A stretch of DNA of 64,000 nt. It comes from an uncultured Chitinophagales bacterium. Its GTDB lineage: Bacteria; Bacteroidota; Rhodothermia; Balneolales; DATFMH01. The stretch covers positions 7,492 to 71,491 of the forward strand of contig CAZNHE010000007.1 in the NCBI GenBank assembly GCA_964572735.1, read 5' to 3'. How positions within the stretch are numbered: the first letter of the stretch is position 1; every line of letters begins with the position of its first letter. Shown piece after piece: positions 17,998 to 28,580 of this stretch. The position numbers were made by a program, and so were the translations under genes. The notes beneath the pieces were generated by a model, which had not been told where the DNA came from, searched no databases, and worked only from the letters and a program-made list of their open reading frames with translations.

Positions 17998-18938
17998 ATC
18001 TGATAGATGGATTGCAGAGATTGCAGAAAACAGGACGTCCCGTAAGATAACATCATTTGCACGCCTATGGGAAGGGAAACCTTCTGTGGGATGTGTCCGT
18101 ACGCCAACCCCGAAAACCAGGGAATGCCTGCCCGGCCCAGGGTTCGCTCATACAGGAGGTCAGGTACGGGTAACTCAGGATATTCCTCCAACTCAGGAGG
18201 AACGAAGGTGCCGAAGATGACGCACGCTGCCTTCTCCAGGGTTCCGGACAGGCGGAGATGTTCCAGATACCCCTCGATTTTATGCCGGGGTTCGCCGACA
18301 TCCTCGAGAATAAGCAGCGAATTGTCCGGAGATGGGAACCAGCGGGTTCCCGAAAGATAAGAGGCAATCGTAAGCGTGCCCGGGAGTGCCGCTCCCGGGA
18401 TGGCTCCTGTTTCCCGGATGCTTCCATTAAGCGTAACTTTGGTGCTGCCCGTCTGTACAAGCTCCCAAAATTGGGCTTCGAATTCCGGATCAATAACCTT
18501 TCTTCCGAAATCGACCGCCACCATTCCTCCAGATACCGACGGCATCCCCGATTGCGAAAGGAATGCCCATTGAAGAGCGGTGATATCACTGAATCCGCAG
18601 AAAAGTTTTCTGTTCTTCCGGATAAGTTCGTAATCCAAAAGGTCAAGCAGCCGCAGAGATCCAAACCCGCCCCTCGCACAAAAGATGGCGTCGATATGAG
18701 GGGACTCAAAGAAACGCATCAGTTCGGCAGCACGTAAGGCATCGCTTCCCGCCAGATAATCCCAGTGTTCATAACACGATTTCCCTACTTCGACGTGGTA
18801 GCCAATGCCCTCCAGATAGGCAACGCCCCGGTTCAGTTTCTGCTGATCCGGCGGGGAAGCCGGAGCCGTGACGGCAATAATACCATTTCGCGGGAGTGGA
18901 CGCAGCGGAATGTATTTATTTGCCGACTTTGAAGACAT
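17994..18938 (-). CDS. LD-carboxypeptidase (peptidase S66 family)
   Basis: The nucleophile motif FCGFSDITAL and the C-terminal GLAYGHI (catalytic His region) are typical of LdcA/MccF-type enzymes. Confidence 0.8.
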   Translation of the reverse strand: MSSKSANKYIPLRPLPRNGIIAVTAPASPPDQQKLNRGVAYLEGIGYHVEVGKSCYEHWDYLAGSDALRAAELMRFFESPHIDAIFCARGGFGSLRLLDLLDYELIRKNRKLFCGFSDITALQWAFLSQSGMPSVSGGMVAVDFGRKVIDPEFEAQFWELVQTGSTKVTLNGSIRETGAIPGAALPGTLTIASYLSGTRWFPSPDNSLLILEDVGEPRHKIEGYLEHLRLSGTLEKAACVIFGTFVPPELEEYPELPVPDLLYERTLGRAGIPWFSGLAYGHIPQKVSLPIGVQMMLSYGTSCFLQSLQSIYQI

Positions 18939-19980
18939 AGTAATTTTTCAGGCTCCAATGAATTTCAACGACTACGATTTTGACGATGGTGGCAACCGGA
19001 ATGGCCAGCAGCATCCCGATCAGTCCGGCTATCTGTGCACCGATCAGAATGGCGAAAAGAATGATGATGGGGTGCATATTGGCGGATCTGGAGAAAAGGA
19101 ACGGCTGAAAGATTACGTTATCGATCAGTTGTGTGAATAAAACAGCTAACAAACACGGACCGGCGAGCGTGAAATCTCCGGTTTCGAAGATGGCAACGAT
19201 TACCGACAAGATGTAGCCGAGCAACGGACCGAAGTATGGGATGGAATTGGCAATGCCTATAGCGATTCCCACCGACAGCGCATTTTGTAAGCCTACAATC
19301 GACAGCAGGAGTGAGGACAACATGGCGACGAGCAAACTTTCCAGCGCAACACTTTTAAAATAGAGCCCCAGACGGCTTTCGATTTTTCCGATGATGGTGA
19401 GTGTAGTTTCAAAATACCGGTTGGGTACCAGCCTGAGCATAGTGCGGCGAAAATAATTCCCGTCCTTGAGGAAGAAAAACGTGGCGAAAGGGATTACGAT
19501 GACTGCTGCAAAAACATTAGTGAAGAAACCGATGATATTGCTGATAGTAGTTGAGATACCCGTCACATTGAATATCTGTTGCGCGAGAGTGGTCAGGTGT
19601 TCCTGCAAGAATCCGTAAGGGATGAATGGAAAAAGGGCATTCAATTGCATGTCCAGCTTCCGGGCGACCCCTTGCAGATTACTCAGATTGAGTTTGCGGG
19701 TGAGATCAACGATTTGCTGGCCAACCGTAGGGAAAACGGTAGTGGAAATGCCCGCAATAATGAAGCCCACGAATGTAAGAACCAGAACAATAGCCAGAGT
19801 CCGATTCATGCCATACGCCTGGATGCGGTTTACCAGCGGGTCGAGCAAATAGGAAAGGACTAATGCCACCAGGGCATATGCCACGAGATTGATAAAAGTG
19901 TATATCAGGTAAACTACCACAAGCACGATGGCAATGGCAATAATACCTCTTATAATCCGATCCGCTGTAAAGGGTTTCAT
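18916..19980 (-). CDS. AI-2E family transporter (PerM/UPF0118)
   Basis: An 8-TM pattern with the C-terminal GLIGMLLAIPV motif. Confidence 0.85.
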   Translation of the reverse strand: MKPFTADRIIRGIIAIAIVLVVVYLIYTFINLVAYALVALVLSYLLDPLVNRIQAYGMNRTLAIVLVLTFVGFIIAGISTTVFPTVGQQIVDLTRKLNLSNLQGVARKLDMQLNALFPFIPYGFLQEHLTTLAQQIFNVTGISTTISNIIGFFTNVFAAVIVIPFATFFFLKDGNYFRRTMLRLVPNRYFETTLTIIGKIESRLGLYFKSVALESLLVAMLSSLLLSIVGLQNALSVGIAIGIANSIPYFGPLLGYILSVIVAIFETGDFTLAGPCLLAVLFTQLIDNVIFQPFLFSRSANMHPIIILFAILIGAQIAGLIGMLLAIPVATIVKIVVVEIHWSLKNYYVFKVGK

Positions 19981-20627
19981 GGTTCCAATAGCGTTAATAT
20001 CCGGTTCAGTGAACCAAATACAGTATCGGAAGAAAAACCCATGCGGAGCAAGTAATCGGCGATCTTTCTTTTACGTTTGAACTTGTCCGGCTCTCTGAGA
20101 AAGCGGGCTTTTTTCTTCAACACCAGTTCCTCCATCATGGTATATTCATCGAGCAAATCATCCAGTTCCTGTAATATACTCTTAATAACACTCTCAGAAA
20201 TGCCCTTGGAACGGAGGGCAGCCCGGATTCTGAGCGGGCCCCAGTGACTGAGCCTGAGTTTGTCGCGGGCGAATGCCGAGGCAAACTGAAGGTCATTGAT
20301 CCATCCTTTGTCCTGAAATTTCCGAAGCAGATGTTCAGTCTGGTCGGCAGGGAAACCCTTGCGGCGTGCCTTCATCCTCAGTTCATACCGGCTATGGGCC
20401 CGCCGGCCGAGCAGCATCAGGAAGTAGTCTTCCAGGTCTTTTTCCGTTTCCGCTTCCTGTAATTCCCGGAAAAGGCCTTCTGTGAGAATGCTGCCCTTCC
20501 GGATGCCGAAACGAAGCAGAACGGTTTGATGCAGTCCTAATAAAAAACCGTCTTCGCTATAAAGAGAAATACGTTCTTTGTTATTTTTCTGTGTACACAA
20601 CGAAACAACGGCCGCCGGTAATGGCAC
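19977..20627 (-). CDS. recX: Recombination regulator RecX
   Basis: Three-helix repeat pattern (RRAHSRYELRMKARRKG..., GWINDLQFA...), located directly downstream of recA. Confidence 0.8.
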   Translation of the reverse strand: MPLPAAVVSLCTQKNNKERISLYSEDGFLLGLHQTVLLRFGIRKGSILTEGLFRELQEAETEKDLEDYFLMLLGRRAHSRYELRMKARRKGFPADQTEHLLRKFQDKGWINDLQFASAFARDKLRLSHWGPLRIRAALRSKGISESVIKSILQELDDLLDEYTMMEELVLKKKARFLREPDKFKRKRKIADYLLRMGFSSDTVFGSLNRILTLLEP

Positions 20628-20671
20628 TGGCGGTTCCCTGGAAGTTGGGCCCGTTCGACGTTGAGGATGAA

Positions 20672-21730
20672 TCAGACGCTTTCCTTTTCTTCGGTTTTGG
20701 CATTGTCGGGAGCCGGCTGCTTTTGCCCGTTTTCTTCTTCAGGATAAAGCCTGTGGAAGACGGTTTGTTCGATGTCCGCGCGCAGCTTTTCATCTTCCTG
20801 AAGGAATTGAAGCGCGGCATCTGCACCCTGGCCGATAGGTTCGCCGTCGTAGCGGTACCAGCTGCCCCGCTTTTGGATAACATCCATGTCGACAGCCAGA
20901 TCGAGCAATTCGGCCAGCCGGGAGATGCCTTCTCCATACATGATGTTGAACTCCGCCTCCTTAAAGGGAGGCGCCACTTTGTTTTTAACCACTTTGACGC
21001 GGGTGCGATTTCCAAGTATTTCATCCCCTTTCTTCAGGGCGCCTATACGCCGGATGTCCAGCCGCACAGAGGAATAAAATTTGAGGGCGCGTCCGCCGGT
21101 GGTCGTCTCCGGATTGCCGAACATCACTCCTATTTTCTCCCGTATCTGGTTGATAAAAATGACTGAGGTACGGGTTTTATTGACAATGCCGGTGAGCTTC
21201 CGCAAGGCCTGTGACATGAGTCGTGCCTGCAGGCCGACATGCGAGTCACCCATTTCCCCTTCCAGTTCGGCTCTGGGGACCAGCGCCGCTACAGAATCAA
21301 TAACCACCACGTCCAGAGCGGCTGAGCGGATCAGGGTTTCGGTGATTTCCAGGGCCTGTTCTCCGCTGTCGGGCTGCGAAACCAGCAGTTCGTCGATTTT
21401 GATGCCCAACGCTTTGGCATATTTCGGATCAAAGGCATGTTCCGCATCGATGAAAGCGGCATATCCTCCCTGCTTCTGGGCCTGGGCAATCACGTGCAAA
21501 GCCAGCGTCGTTTTGCCACTCGACTCGGGACCGTAGATCTCGGTGATCCGGCCGCGGGGTATTCCTCCCACTCCCAGAGCATAGTCGATGAGAATGGATC
21601 CTGTGGAAATAGCATCGACTTTGACGACGGCGTTATCTCCCAGCCGCATGATGGTGCCTTTCCCATGCTGCTTCTCGAGTTGATCAACGGCAAGATTCAG
21701 AGCTTTGAGACGATCGTTGTTTGTGGACAT
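20672..21730 (-). CDS. recA: Recombinase RecA
   Basis: GPESSGKTT Walker A, the L1/L2 loop blocks and an acidic C-terminal tail give an unmistakable RecA sequence. Confidence 0.97.
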   Translation of the reverse strand: MSTNNDRLKALNLAVDQLEKQHGKGTIMRLGDNAVVKVDAISTGSILIDYALGVGGIPRGRITEIYGPESSGKTTLALHVIAQAQKQGGYAAFIDAEHAFDPKYAKALGIKIDELLVSQPDSGEQALEITETLIRSAALDVVVIDSVAALVPRAELEGEMGDSHVGLQARLMSQALRKLTGIVNKTRTSVIFINQIREKIGVMFGNPETTTGGRALKFYSSVRLDIRRIGALKKGDEILGNRTRVKVVKNKVAPPFKEAEFNIMYGEGISRLAELLDLAVDMDVIQKRGSWYRYDGEPIGQGADAALQFLQEDEKLRADIEQTVFHRLYPEEENGQKQPAPDNAKTEEKESV

Positions 21731-22351
21731 AATGAGGTATCGGTTAGTGCTGAATGAATATGTGTAATATATGTAATCCTACGGAAATCCGGAAACGGTG
21801 CTCTGGAAGTTATTATGAGAAGACGGTTGTATTATGTGATCCTGAAAATAGGATACACAAATTCTGCCGGCCTTACAGGTGAATCCTGATTTAATTTTTG
21901 ATTATGTGAGTAAAAGAACATGTCCGGGTATTTTTTTGGGGATTTTCACGGTTCCGTCCGATAATCTTCCGGACGGATGAAGTGTTTCCGTGACATGAGG
22001 TTGCCGTTCGGGTATAATGCCGGAACGCGGAGTTTCTCGCGATAAAGGCGGACCGACTGCCCGGAATTTATTGACAGTTGATCAATCATACCGGGAAAAT
22101 CAGGTAGTATTTTAATAACTTGGCAGGCATCATCCGGCGAAATACAGTACGGCTGCACAAATAATCGGGTTCTGCCTTGCTGCGTGATAACGTACCTCTT
22201 GCCAATTTGCTATATTGACGACATCATCCGTCCAGATATCACGTCCGTTTAGATTACACCTTCCCGGTATGATGAATATTATCTACGATGACTCAACAAA
22301 CTTGCCAGCCGGGACAAACCGGATTCACCAAAAGCTATTACTAAAAAGAGG

Positions 22352-25300
22352 ATGAAACTCCAGAAACGGCACGGTTCCCTGATATTTCCGATTCTGCTGA
22401 CCGGCTTCCTGCTTTCGGGTTGTGTCGCCACCAGACAGGCATATCATTACCGGAAAATGACGAATGATGAAAAGCAGGTTTATAATGCGATGGAGAAGCT
22501 CCTGAATCAGGCCGACAGCGGCAAAACTCCTTTCCTGTTGCCTGAGAGAGTGCGGATCGACAGCGTGAATGTCGATAAAATGGACCGGACTATCGGCATC
22601 TATATGTCCCCTAACATGGGATCGATCCCCTACCGCTTCAAAAATACCCGGGAGATCTACGACCGGCTGCGCTATAACCTGGAACCTCATTTCCATCATT
22701 ATTCCATAACTATTTTCACACTGAAGAAACCGGTAGCCCTGCAATCGCTGATTCCTAATTATTATCGCTCTTCTCCCCTCAATTATGATACGCTGCGGAT
22801 GCCGCCTCCGGATGCTGTCTATCCCGTCCCGGTTGTGCGTGATGCCAGCCGCCCTTATCGGCCGGTGGAGGGGCTGTTGAACCATACCGTTGCCCTCTGG
22901 CCGAGCCACGGTTGGTATTATAGCAACGAACGAAACCGATGGGAGTGGCAGCGCCCGCGCCTTTTCCAGACGGTGGAGGATAAACTGCCCCTTTCGTTCA
23001 CGCTGCTCTATCTCGTGCCGATGCTCGAAAATGCAGGTGCCAATGTGTTCGTGGCCCGTGAGCGCGATACACAGTCTGAGGAAGTGGTGGTCGATAATGA
23101 TTCCAGCGACGCAGGGAGCAAATATATAGAGCACATAAATACCGGTCATTATAGATGGGCCGGCGGAGATACTTCCGGCTTTGCAATCGGAAATCCGCCC
23201 TACCGTAACGGGGAAAATCCCTTCCGGATGGGCACGTATCGAAGGATAGAGGCCGACGTCGCCCCGACAGCCGGGGCACGCTGGGTACCCGATATCCCCA
23301 GGACGGGTAAATATGCCGTATGTGTTTCCTATCATCAATCTGCAGATAATGTGACCGACGCTCATTACAAAGTGTTTCATCAGGGAGGTGAAACGGATTT
23401 CCGGGTAAATCAACGTATCGGAGGAGGCACGTGGATTTATCTGGGAACGTTTAAGTTCCGGAAAGGAATCCACCCCGACAGCGGCAGCGTGGTACTGACC
23501 AATCAGACCGCGGAAACAGGGGCGTTCGTTACAGCAGATGCCGTTCGTTTTGGCGGAGGAATGGGAGATATTGTCCGGGGCGGAAGAACAAGCGGGCGTC
23601 CGAGGTATCTGGAAGCCGCCCGCTATTATCTGCAGTATGCAGGCATGCCGGATACCCTTGTGTACGATCTTAATGACGGGAAGAATGATTATGAAGATGA
23701 TTACAAAGACCGCGGAGAATGGGTGAATTATCTGCATGGCGCCCCCGATGGCCCCAACAGGGATCGGGATGCAAAAGGACTGGGAATACCGGTGGATCTG
23801 TCTCTTGCCTTTCATACCGACGCGGGTATTGCTCCGGAAGACAGTGCAATCGGCACCCTGGCCATTTACAGCTATCCTGATGTAGATACGACCTATCATT
23901 TCCCTGACGGGAGATCGCGCCTTGCCAGCCGCGATTTTGCCGATATCCTGCAAACGCAGGTCGTTCACGATATCCGCTCCGAATTCGACCGGAGCTGGCC
24001 CCGCCGTCCGCTGGAAGATGCTATGTACAGCGAAGTAGCACGGCCCAATGTGCCTTCAGCCTTGCTTGAACTGCTTTCTCATCAGAATTTTACGGATACA
24101 CGACTGGCCATGGATCCGCGGTTTCAGTTTGCAGTAAGCCGCGCCATCTACAAAGCCATGCTTCGTTTCATTGCCACCGAATACCGGGAGCCTTATGTGG
24201 TACAACCGCTTCCGGTCAATCATATGCAGACAAGGTTTTTGAATGATACCACAGCCAGAATCAGTTGGCGGCCGGTCAGAGATACACTTGAGGCCTCAGC
24301 CGTTCCGACAGGCTATATTGTATATACACGGAAAGGAAACGCCGGCTTCGACAACGGACATCTGGTGAAGGATACCACTTATATTGCGCGAAATCTCCAG
24401 CCCGGACAAATTTATAGTTTTAAGGTTGCGGCAGTAAATGCGGGAGGGAAAAGCTTCCCCTCCGAGATCCTCTCCGTCTGCCATATGCCCGGAAAAGACA
24501 AGCCGGTGCTGATCATAAACGGGTTTGACCGTGTATCGGCTCCGGCCTCCATCTCCACCCGGCATTACGATGGATTCGTCAATTTCAGGGATAAAGGAGT
24601 GGCCGATGGTTATGGGATCGATTATACGGGGAGCCAGTATAATTTCGACCGGGATTCCCCCTATCGCAGCAATGATCAACCGGGGAACGGCGCCAGCCAC
24701 AGCAATGCCGAGACGCGTCTGATCCCTGGAAATACGCACGATTATCCGTATGTATATGGGAAATCACTGAAGAATAATGGCTTTTCTTTCGTATCATGCA
24801 GTAATGAAGCTGTAATGGACGGGCAGGTTTCGATGAATGATTACCCGTTGGTTATGCTCATCCTTGGCGAACAAAAGAGAACGATCGCCTATCCGCTGCA
24901 GGCCGATTCCACACAAAAAATGACCTTTCTTGCGTTTCCTCCGAAACTTCAGAAAGATATTACCGATTATTGTAACCATGGGGGGAAGTTATTTATATCG
25001 GGTGCTTATGTCGCAAGCGATTTGTTCAATAAAGATGCCACGCGTCAGGACACATTGTTTGCCGAAAATGTCCTCAAATACCAGTTGGATACTAATTGGG
25101 CCGATCTGGCAGGTGCCGTGATGTCGGCCGATCCCGCATTTATGAGTTTTGCCGATACCCTCCATTACAATACGGGTTATCGCCCCGATATTTATCAGGT
25201 CGAAGCACCCGATGCGTTGATTCCTGCAGCCGACGGGGGGGAAGTCCTCCTGCGGTACGCCCAGAATCAGTTCAGCGCGGCCGTCGGCTACCGGGGCACG

Positions 25301-25438
25301 TACAGCGTGTTCACGATGGGCTTTCCTTTTGAGACAGTCGGAAGCCAGTCCCAGCGGGATTATTTGATGAAGATGATTCTGAATTACTTAAATTTCACGA
25401 TCATCCGCCGTCCGCCTCCCTTGGGGAAGGCCGGATAG
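22352..25438 (+). CDS. Large multi-domain lipoprotein with N-acetylmuramoyl-L-alanine amidase-like (Amidase_3-type) core and FN3 domain
   Basis: - Lipobox: LLTGFLLSGC.
- The segment GTWIYLGTFKFRKG resembles golvesin-C-terminal-like carbohydrate-binding modules.
- DLSLAFHTDAG ... LLELLSHQN resembles the Zn-ligand blocks of Amidase_3.
- An FN3-like segment is present (ARISWRPV ... YSFKVAAVNAGG).
- The last 330 aa or so are unassigned.
- The 547-aa antisense ORF is a shadow. Confidence 0.7.
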   Translation: MKLQKRHGSLIFPILLTGFLLSGCVATRQAYHYRKMTNDEKQVYNAMEKLLNQADSGKTPFLLPERVRIDSVNVDKMDRTIGIYMSPNMGSIPYRFKNTREIYDRLRYNLEPHFHHYSITIFTLKKPVALQSLIPNYYRSSPLNYDTLRMPPPDAVYPVPVVRDASRPYRPVEGLLNHTVALWPSHGWYYSNERNRWEWQRPRLFQTVEDKLPLSFTLLYLVPMLENAGANVFVARERDTQSEEVVVDNDSSDAGSKYIEHINTGHYRWAGGDTSGFAIGNPPYRNGENPFRMGTYRRIEADVAPTAGARWVPDIPRTGKYAVCVSYHQSADNVTDAHYKVFHQGGETDFRVNQRIGGGTWIYLGTFKFRKGIHPDSGSVVLTNQTAETGAFVTADAVRFGGGMGDIVRGGRTSGRPRYLEAARYYLQYAGMPDTLVYDLNDGKNDYEDDYKDRGEWVNYLHGAPDGPNRDRDAKGLGIPVDLSLAFHTDAGIAPEDSAIGTLAIYSYPDVDTTYHFPDGRSRLASRDFADILQTQVVHDIRSEFDRSWPRRPLEDAMYSEVARPNVPSALLELLSHQNFTDTRLAMDPRFQFAVSRAIYKAMLRFIATEYREPYVVQPLPVNHMQTRFLNDTTARISWRPVRDTLEASAVPTGYIVYTRKGNAGFDNGHLVKDTTYIARNLQPGQIYSFKVAAVNAGGKSFPSEILSVCHMPGKDKPVLIINGFDRVSAPASISTRHYDGFVNFRDKGVADGYGIDYTGSQYNFDRDSPYRSNDQPGNGASHSNAETRLIPGNTHDYPYVYGKSLKNNGFSFVSCSNEAVMDGQVSMNDYPLVMLILGEQKRTIAYPLQADSTQKMTFLAFPPKLQKDITDYCNHGGKLFISGAYVASDLFNKDATRQDTLFAENVLKYQLDTNWADLAGAVMSADPAFMSFADTLHYNTGYRPDIYQVEAPDALIPAADGGEVLLRYAQNQFSAAVGYRGTYSVFTMGFPFETVGSQSQRDYLMKMILNYLNFTIIRRPPPLGKAG

Positions 25439-25625
25439 CCGAAGATACGGTTATAAGGGTCTTGAAGAATGGACCTGTTTCGGGAAATAAATTTTGGTTA
25501 CCAGATCTCTGCGATACGACGACAGGAGGAGTTTGTATGATTGATTATAGGTATTTTATTTCACTTTGCGATTTCGTGTCCTCCCGGCATTTTTATCTTC
25601 CGGAATTGGGGAAACGGGTCTGAAG

Positions 25626-26486
25626 ATGAAACGTATAATGGTCATTGCCGAGGGTGGATCGACAAAAACCGACTGGGTGCTTGTACACGAACAAACGCGC
25701 CAGGCGTGGTCTACGCCCGGATTGAATCCCTGGTTTTATAGCGAAGGCGGCCTGGAAGAAGTCATCAGGACCGGATGGGATGATCAGAAATGCATGGATC
25801 CGGTTACGGAAGTCTTTTTTTACGGATCCGGCTACGGCGATCCGAATCATAAGAGCCTGATCGGAGATATTCTCGCGAGGGTCTGGATGCAGGCAAATAT
25901 CGCAGTGTATACCGATTTATTGGCTGCCGCACGTGCATTATTCGGAAGCCGCCCGGGTTTGGCCTGCATCCTGGGTACCGGATCCAACTCCTGCCTGTAC
26001 GACGGTTCACATATTGTTAATCAAATACCATCTCTTGGTTTCATTTTGGGAGATGAAGGAAGCGGAGGCTGGCTGGGCAGAGAGTTGATCCGCAGATATT
26101 TTTATGGCGAAATACCGCTTGACCTGGAGCTCATCATGAAAGAAGAGTTTGGGATGGATCGCGGGGTTATCCTTCATACGATTTATCACCAGCCGCATCC
26201 GAATCGCTTCATTGCAGGGTTTGCCATGGTGGCATTTCGGTATCGGGAGCATCCTTATATTCAGGAATTGTTGAAGGAAGGATTCGCCTCGTTTATCCGC
26301 TCACATATACTGAAATATGAGCGGCCTGCCGAATGGCCGATCGGATTTGTCGGGTCGGTTGCTGCTGCGCACCGGGATCTCCTGTCGCAGGTTTTGGAAG
26401 GCTACGGTTTGAGAGCAGGTATCTTTCTGGAAAAGCCCGTTAACGAATTGGCAGCGTATCACTTAAAAAACAGATCCGATGTTTGA
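25626..26486 (+). CDS. BadF/BadG/BcrA/BcrD-type sugar kinase (GlcNAc/MurNAc kinase, MurK-like)
   Basis: I chose the start at MKRIMVIAEGGSTKTDW, the motif that begins Bacteroidota GlcNAc/MurNAc kinases. GTGSNS and GDEGSG blocks are present. It overlaps murQ by 8 nt. Substrate specificity cannot be read from the sequence. Confidence 0.75.
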   Translation: MKRIMVIAEGGSTKTDWVLVHEQTRQAWSTPGLNPWFYSEGGLEEVIRTGWDDQKCMDPVTEVFFYGSGYGDPNHKSLIGDILARVWMQANIAVYTDLLAAARALFGSRPGLACILGTGSNSCLYDGSHIVNQIPSLGFILGDEGSGGWLGRELIRRYFYGEIPLDLELIMKEEFGMDRGVILHTIYHQPHPNRFIAGFAMVAFRYREHPYIQELLKEGFASFIRSHILKYERPAEWPIGFVGSVAAAHRDLLSQVLEGYGLRAGIFLEKPVNELAAYHLKNRSDV

Positions 26487-27291
26487 AAAGATCACTGAAA
26501 AACCGTCCGGGTATCGTCATCTGGAGAAGATGAGTACTCATGAGCTTCTTGTTTGCATCAACCGGGAAGACCAGACAGTGCCGCAGGCGGTGCAAAAGGC
26601 CATTCCCCGGATTGAACAATTGACGGATGTTGTCGTGGATCATATGCTGGGCGGCGGACGTCTGTTCTACATCGGATCGGGGACGAGCGGCCGTCTGGGC
26701 ATCGTCGATGCCTCGGAAATCCCTCCCACGTTCGGTGCACCTTACGACCTGGTGATCGGACTGATTGCCGGCGGCGATCCGGCGATTCGCAAAGCCGTCG
26801 AACATGCCGAGGATGATCCGGAACAGGGATGGCGGGATTTACAGACATATCATATCGATAAAAAAGATGTGCTTATCGGTCTCGCCGCCTCCGGAACCAC
26901 GCCCTATGTGGTCGGAGCGATCGAGCGGGCCGCCGCAGCAGGGATCAGTACGGGATCGATCACGTGTAATCCCGGCTCTCCGGTAGCTCGCGCCGCCCGG
27001 TACCCGGTTGAAGTGGCCGTCGGTCCCGAGTTCGTGACCGGAAGTACCCGTATGAAAGCAGGAACCGCCCAGAAACTGGTGCTCAACATGCTTAGCACCA
27101 GCGTGATGATCCGGCTGGGCCGGGTACAGGATAACAAGATGGTGGATATGCAGCTTACCAATGAAAAACTTGTGGATCGGGGCGTTCGCATGATTCGCGA
27201 AGCATTGCCGTCGCTGAGCTATGAAGAGGCAAAAGCCTTATTGCTGGAACATGGAAGCGTACGAGCGGCGATAATCAGCCGGCAATTGTAG
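26479..27291 (+). CDS. murQ: N-acetylmuramic acid 6-phosphate etherase
   Basis: SIS-domain blocks GRLFYIGSGTSGRLG, ASGTTPYV and STRMKAGTAQKLVLNMLST are characteristic of MurQ. Confidence 0.9.
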   Translation: MFEKITEKPSGYRHLEKMSTHELLVCINREDQTVPQAVQKAIPRIEQLTDVVVDHMLGGGRLFYIGSGTSGRLGIVDASEIPPTFGAPYDLVIGLIAGGDPAIRKAVEHAEDDPEQGWRDLQTYHIDKKDVLIGLAASGTTPYVVGAIERAAAAGISTGSITCNPGSPVARAARYPVEVAVGPEFVTGSTRMKAGTAQKLVLNMLSTSVMIRLGRVQDNKMVDMQLTNEKLVDRGVRMIREALPSLSYEEAKALLLEHGSVRAAIISRQL

Positions 27292-27624
27292 GCCGGACAG
27301 CTTGTCCGGCTGGCGCGGGCCTGCCGTCAGGCGGTAACCTGGCTATAGGGGACGACTATGCCAAACCCTTGATGTGAATGACAGGTGCAGAAATGAATCA
27401 TTTTCCTCTGTCCATCTTTTCAGAACGACAGATAAGGCAAGACAGACTGGTGAGCGGATGGATTAAATGAAAAAACATTCATGCCATACACCCACAGAAA
27501 ATTCTCAACCGGATAATTTTTATTTCTTTTGGAAAATCGTATAATCCTCTAATAAACAAGAGAGTAAATTCTGCGCATAGTATCAGAGGGAAAGGTTGCA
27601 GAATAAAATGGTTGAGGAAGGGAG

Positions 27625-28572
27625 ATGGAGAGTTTGAAGGAGAACAGGCCGCCGGACAGGGGGATTATTGCAATTTCATCAAAAAGAAACCGGCTAAGGG
27701 TTTTTACACGGGCATTGCGGGTTCATCAATGGGTTAAAAATATCCTTCTGTTCGTTCCGGTCTGGCTTTCCCACAGAATTATTCAGATGGATGATCTGAA
27801 AATCCTGTTCCTGTCGTGGCTCGCTTTTAGCCTGTGTGCATCTTCCATCTATATCATCAACGATATCATAGACGTGGATTCAGACCGAAAACACCCCAGA
27901 AAGCGTCTGCGTCCGTTTGCAAGCGGCGAGATGAGTGTCTCCCGGGGATTCCTGCTAAGTTCCTGTGCCTTCGTTTTGAGCTTCCTGATCACCCTGTCCG
28001 CACTGCGGCCGGATTTCCTGGTTGTCCTGATGCTCTACGGGTCCGTTTCTCTGGCCTACTCTCTGCGTCTGAAAAGCATGCTTCTTGTGGACGTGCTTAT
28101 TCTTGCCTCCTTGTATACGCTGCGCATCTTCGCCGGTGGTTTCATTCTGGACATCCCCATCTCAAACTGGCTGCTGGCCTTCTCAATGTTCTTTTTTATG
28201 AGCCTGGCGCTGCTCAAACGATATTCGGAGCTGCGCATGGTAGCAGGCGACCCGGCGGATCACGCAAACAGGCGCTGTTACCAGACAGAAGATTTCGGCC
28301 TGATCCAGACAATGGGCATTGCTTCCGGCTTTTTGTCCGTGTTAGTGCTTGTATTATATGCACAAAGCAGCGAAGTGGTGGCTCACTATTTGCATCCCGG
28401 ACGGCTGTGGCTCATGGCTCCACCGCTGATTTACTGGATTAATCGTGCATGGTTTCTGGCGGAACGGGGAATTATGAAGGATGATCCCGTCATTTTTTCC
28501 GTCAGAGATAAGACCAGCTATTTCACGGGAGGCCTCATCCTGATCATATTTTGTCTGGCCAGATGGTTCTGA
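27625..28572 (+). CDS. UbiA-family prenyltransferase, polyprenyl-phosphate phosphoribosyltransferase (DPPR synthase)-like
   Basis: HQWVKN, NDIIDVDSDRKHPRKRLRPFASGE, GG......SNW and KRYSEL match the Rv3806c-type subfamily signature as I remember it. The protein is polytopic. Confidence 0.75.
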   Translation: MESLKENRPPDRGIIAISSKRNRLRVFTRALRVHQWVKNILLFVPVWLSHRIIQMDDLKILFLSWLAFSLCASSIYIINDIIDVDSDRKHPRKRLRPFASGEMSVSRGFLLSSCAFVLSFLITLSALRPDFLVVLMLYGSVSLAYSLRLKSMLLVDVLILASLYTLRIFAGGFILDIPISNWLLAFSMFFFMSLALLKRYSELRMVAGDPADHANRRCYQTEDFGLIQTMGIASGFLSVLVLVLYAQSSEVVAHYLHPGRLWLMAPPLIYWINRAWFLAERGIMKDDPVIFSVRDKTSYFTGGLILIIFCLARWF

Positions 28573-28580
28573 GATCTATC

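Noticed and set aside
21946-22158. A 70-aa minus-strand ORF in the 620-bp recA / lipoprotein divergent gap.
   Set aside because: It has no recognisable motif, no ribosome-binding site and no signal or TM features. It may be real, but I cannot support it from sequence alone.
22325-23968. 547-aa ORF on the minus strand
   Set aside because: It lies entirely antisense to the well-supported 1028-aa lipoprotein gene. Its translation is low-complexity (Ile/Arg/Gly-rich) with no recognisable motif, which is typical of a shadow ORF in this composition.
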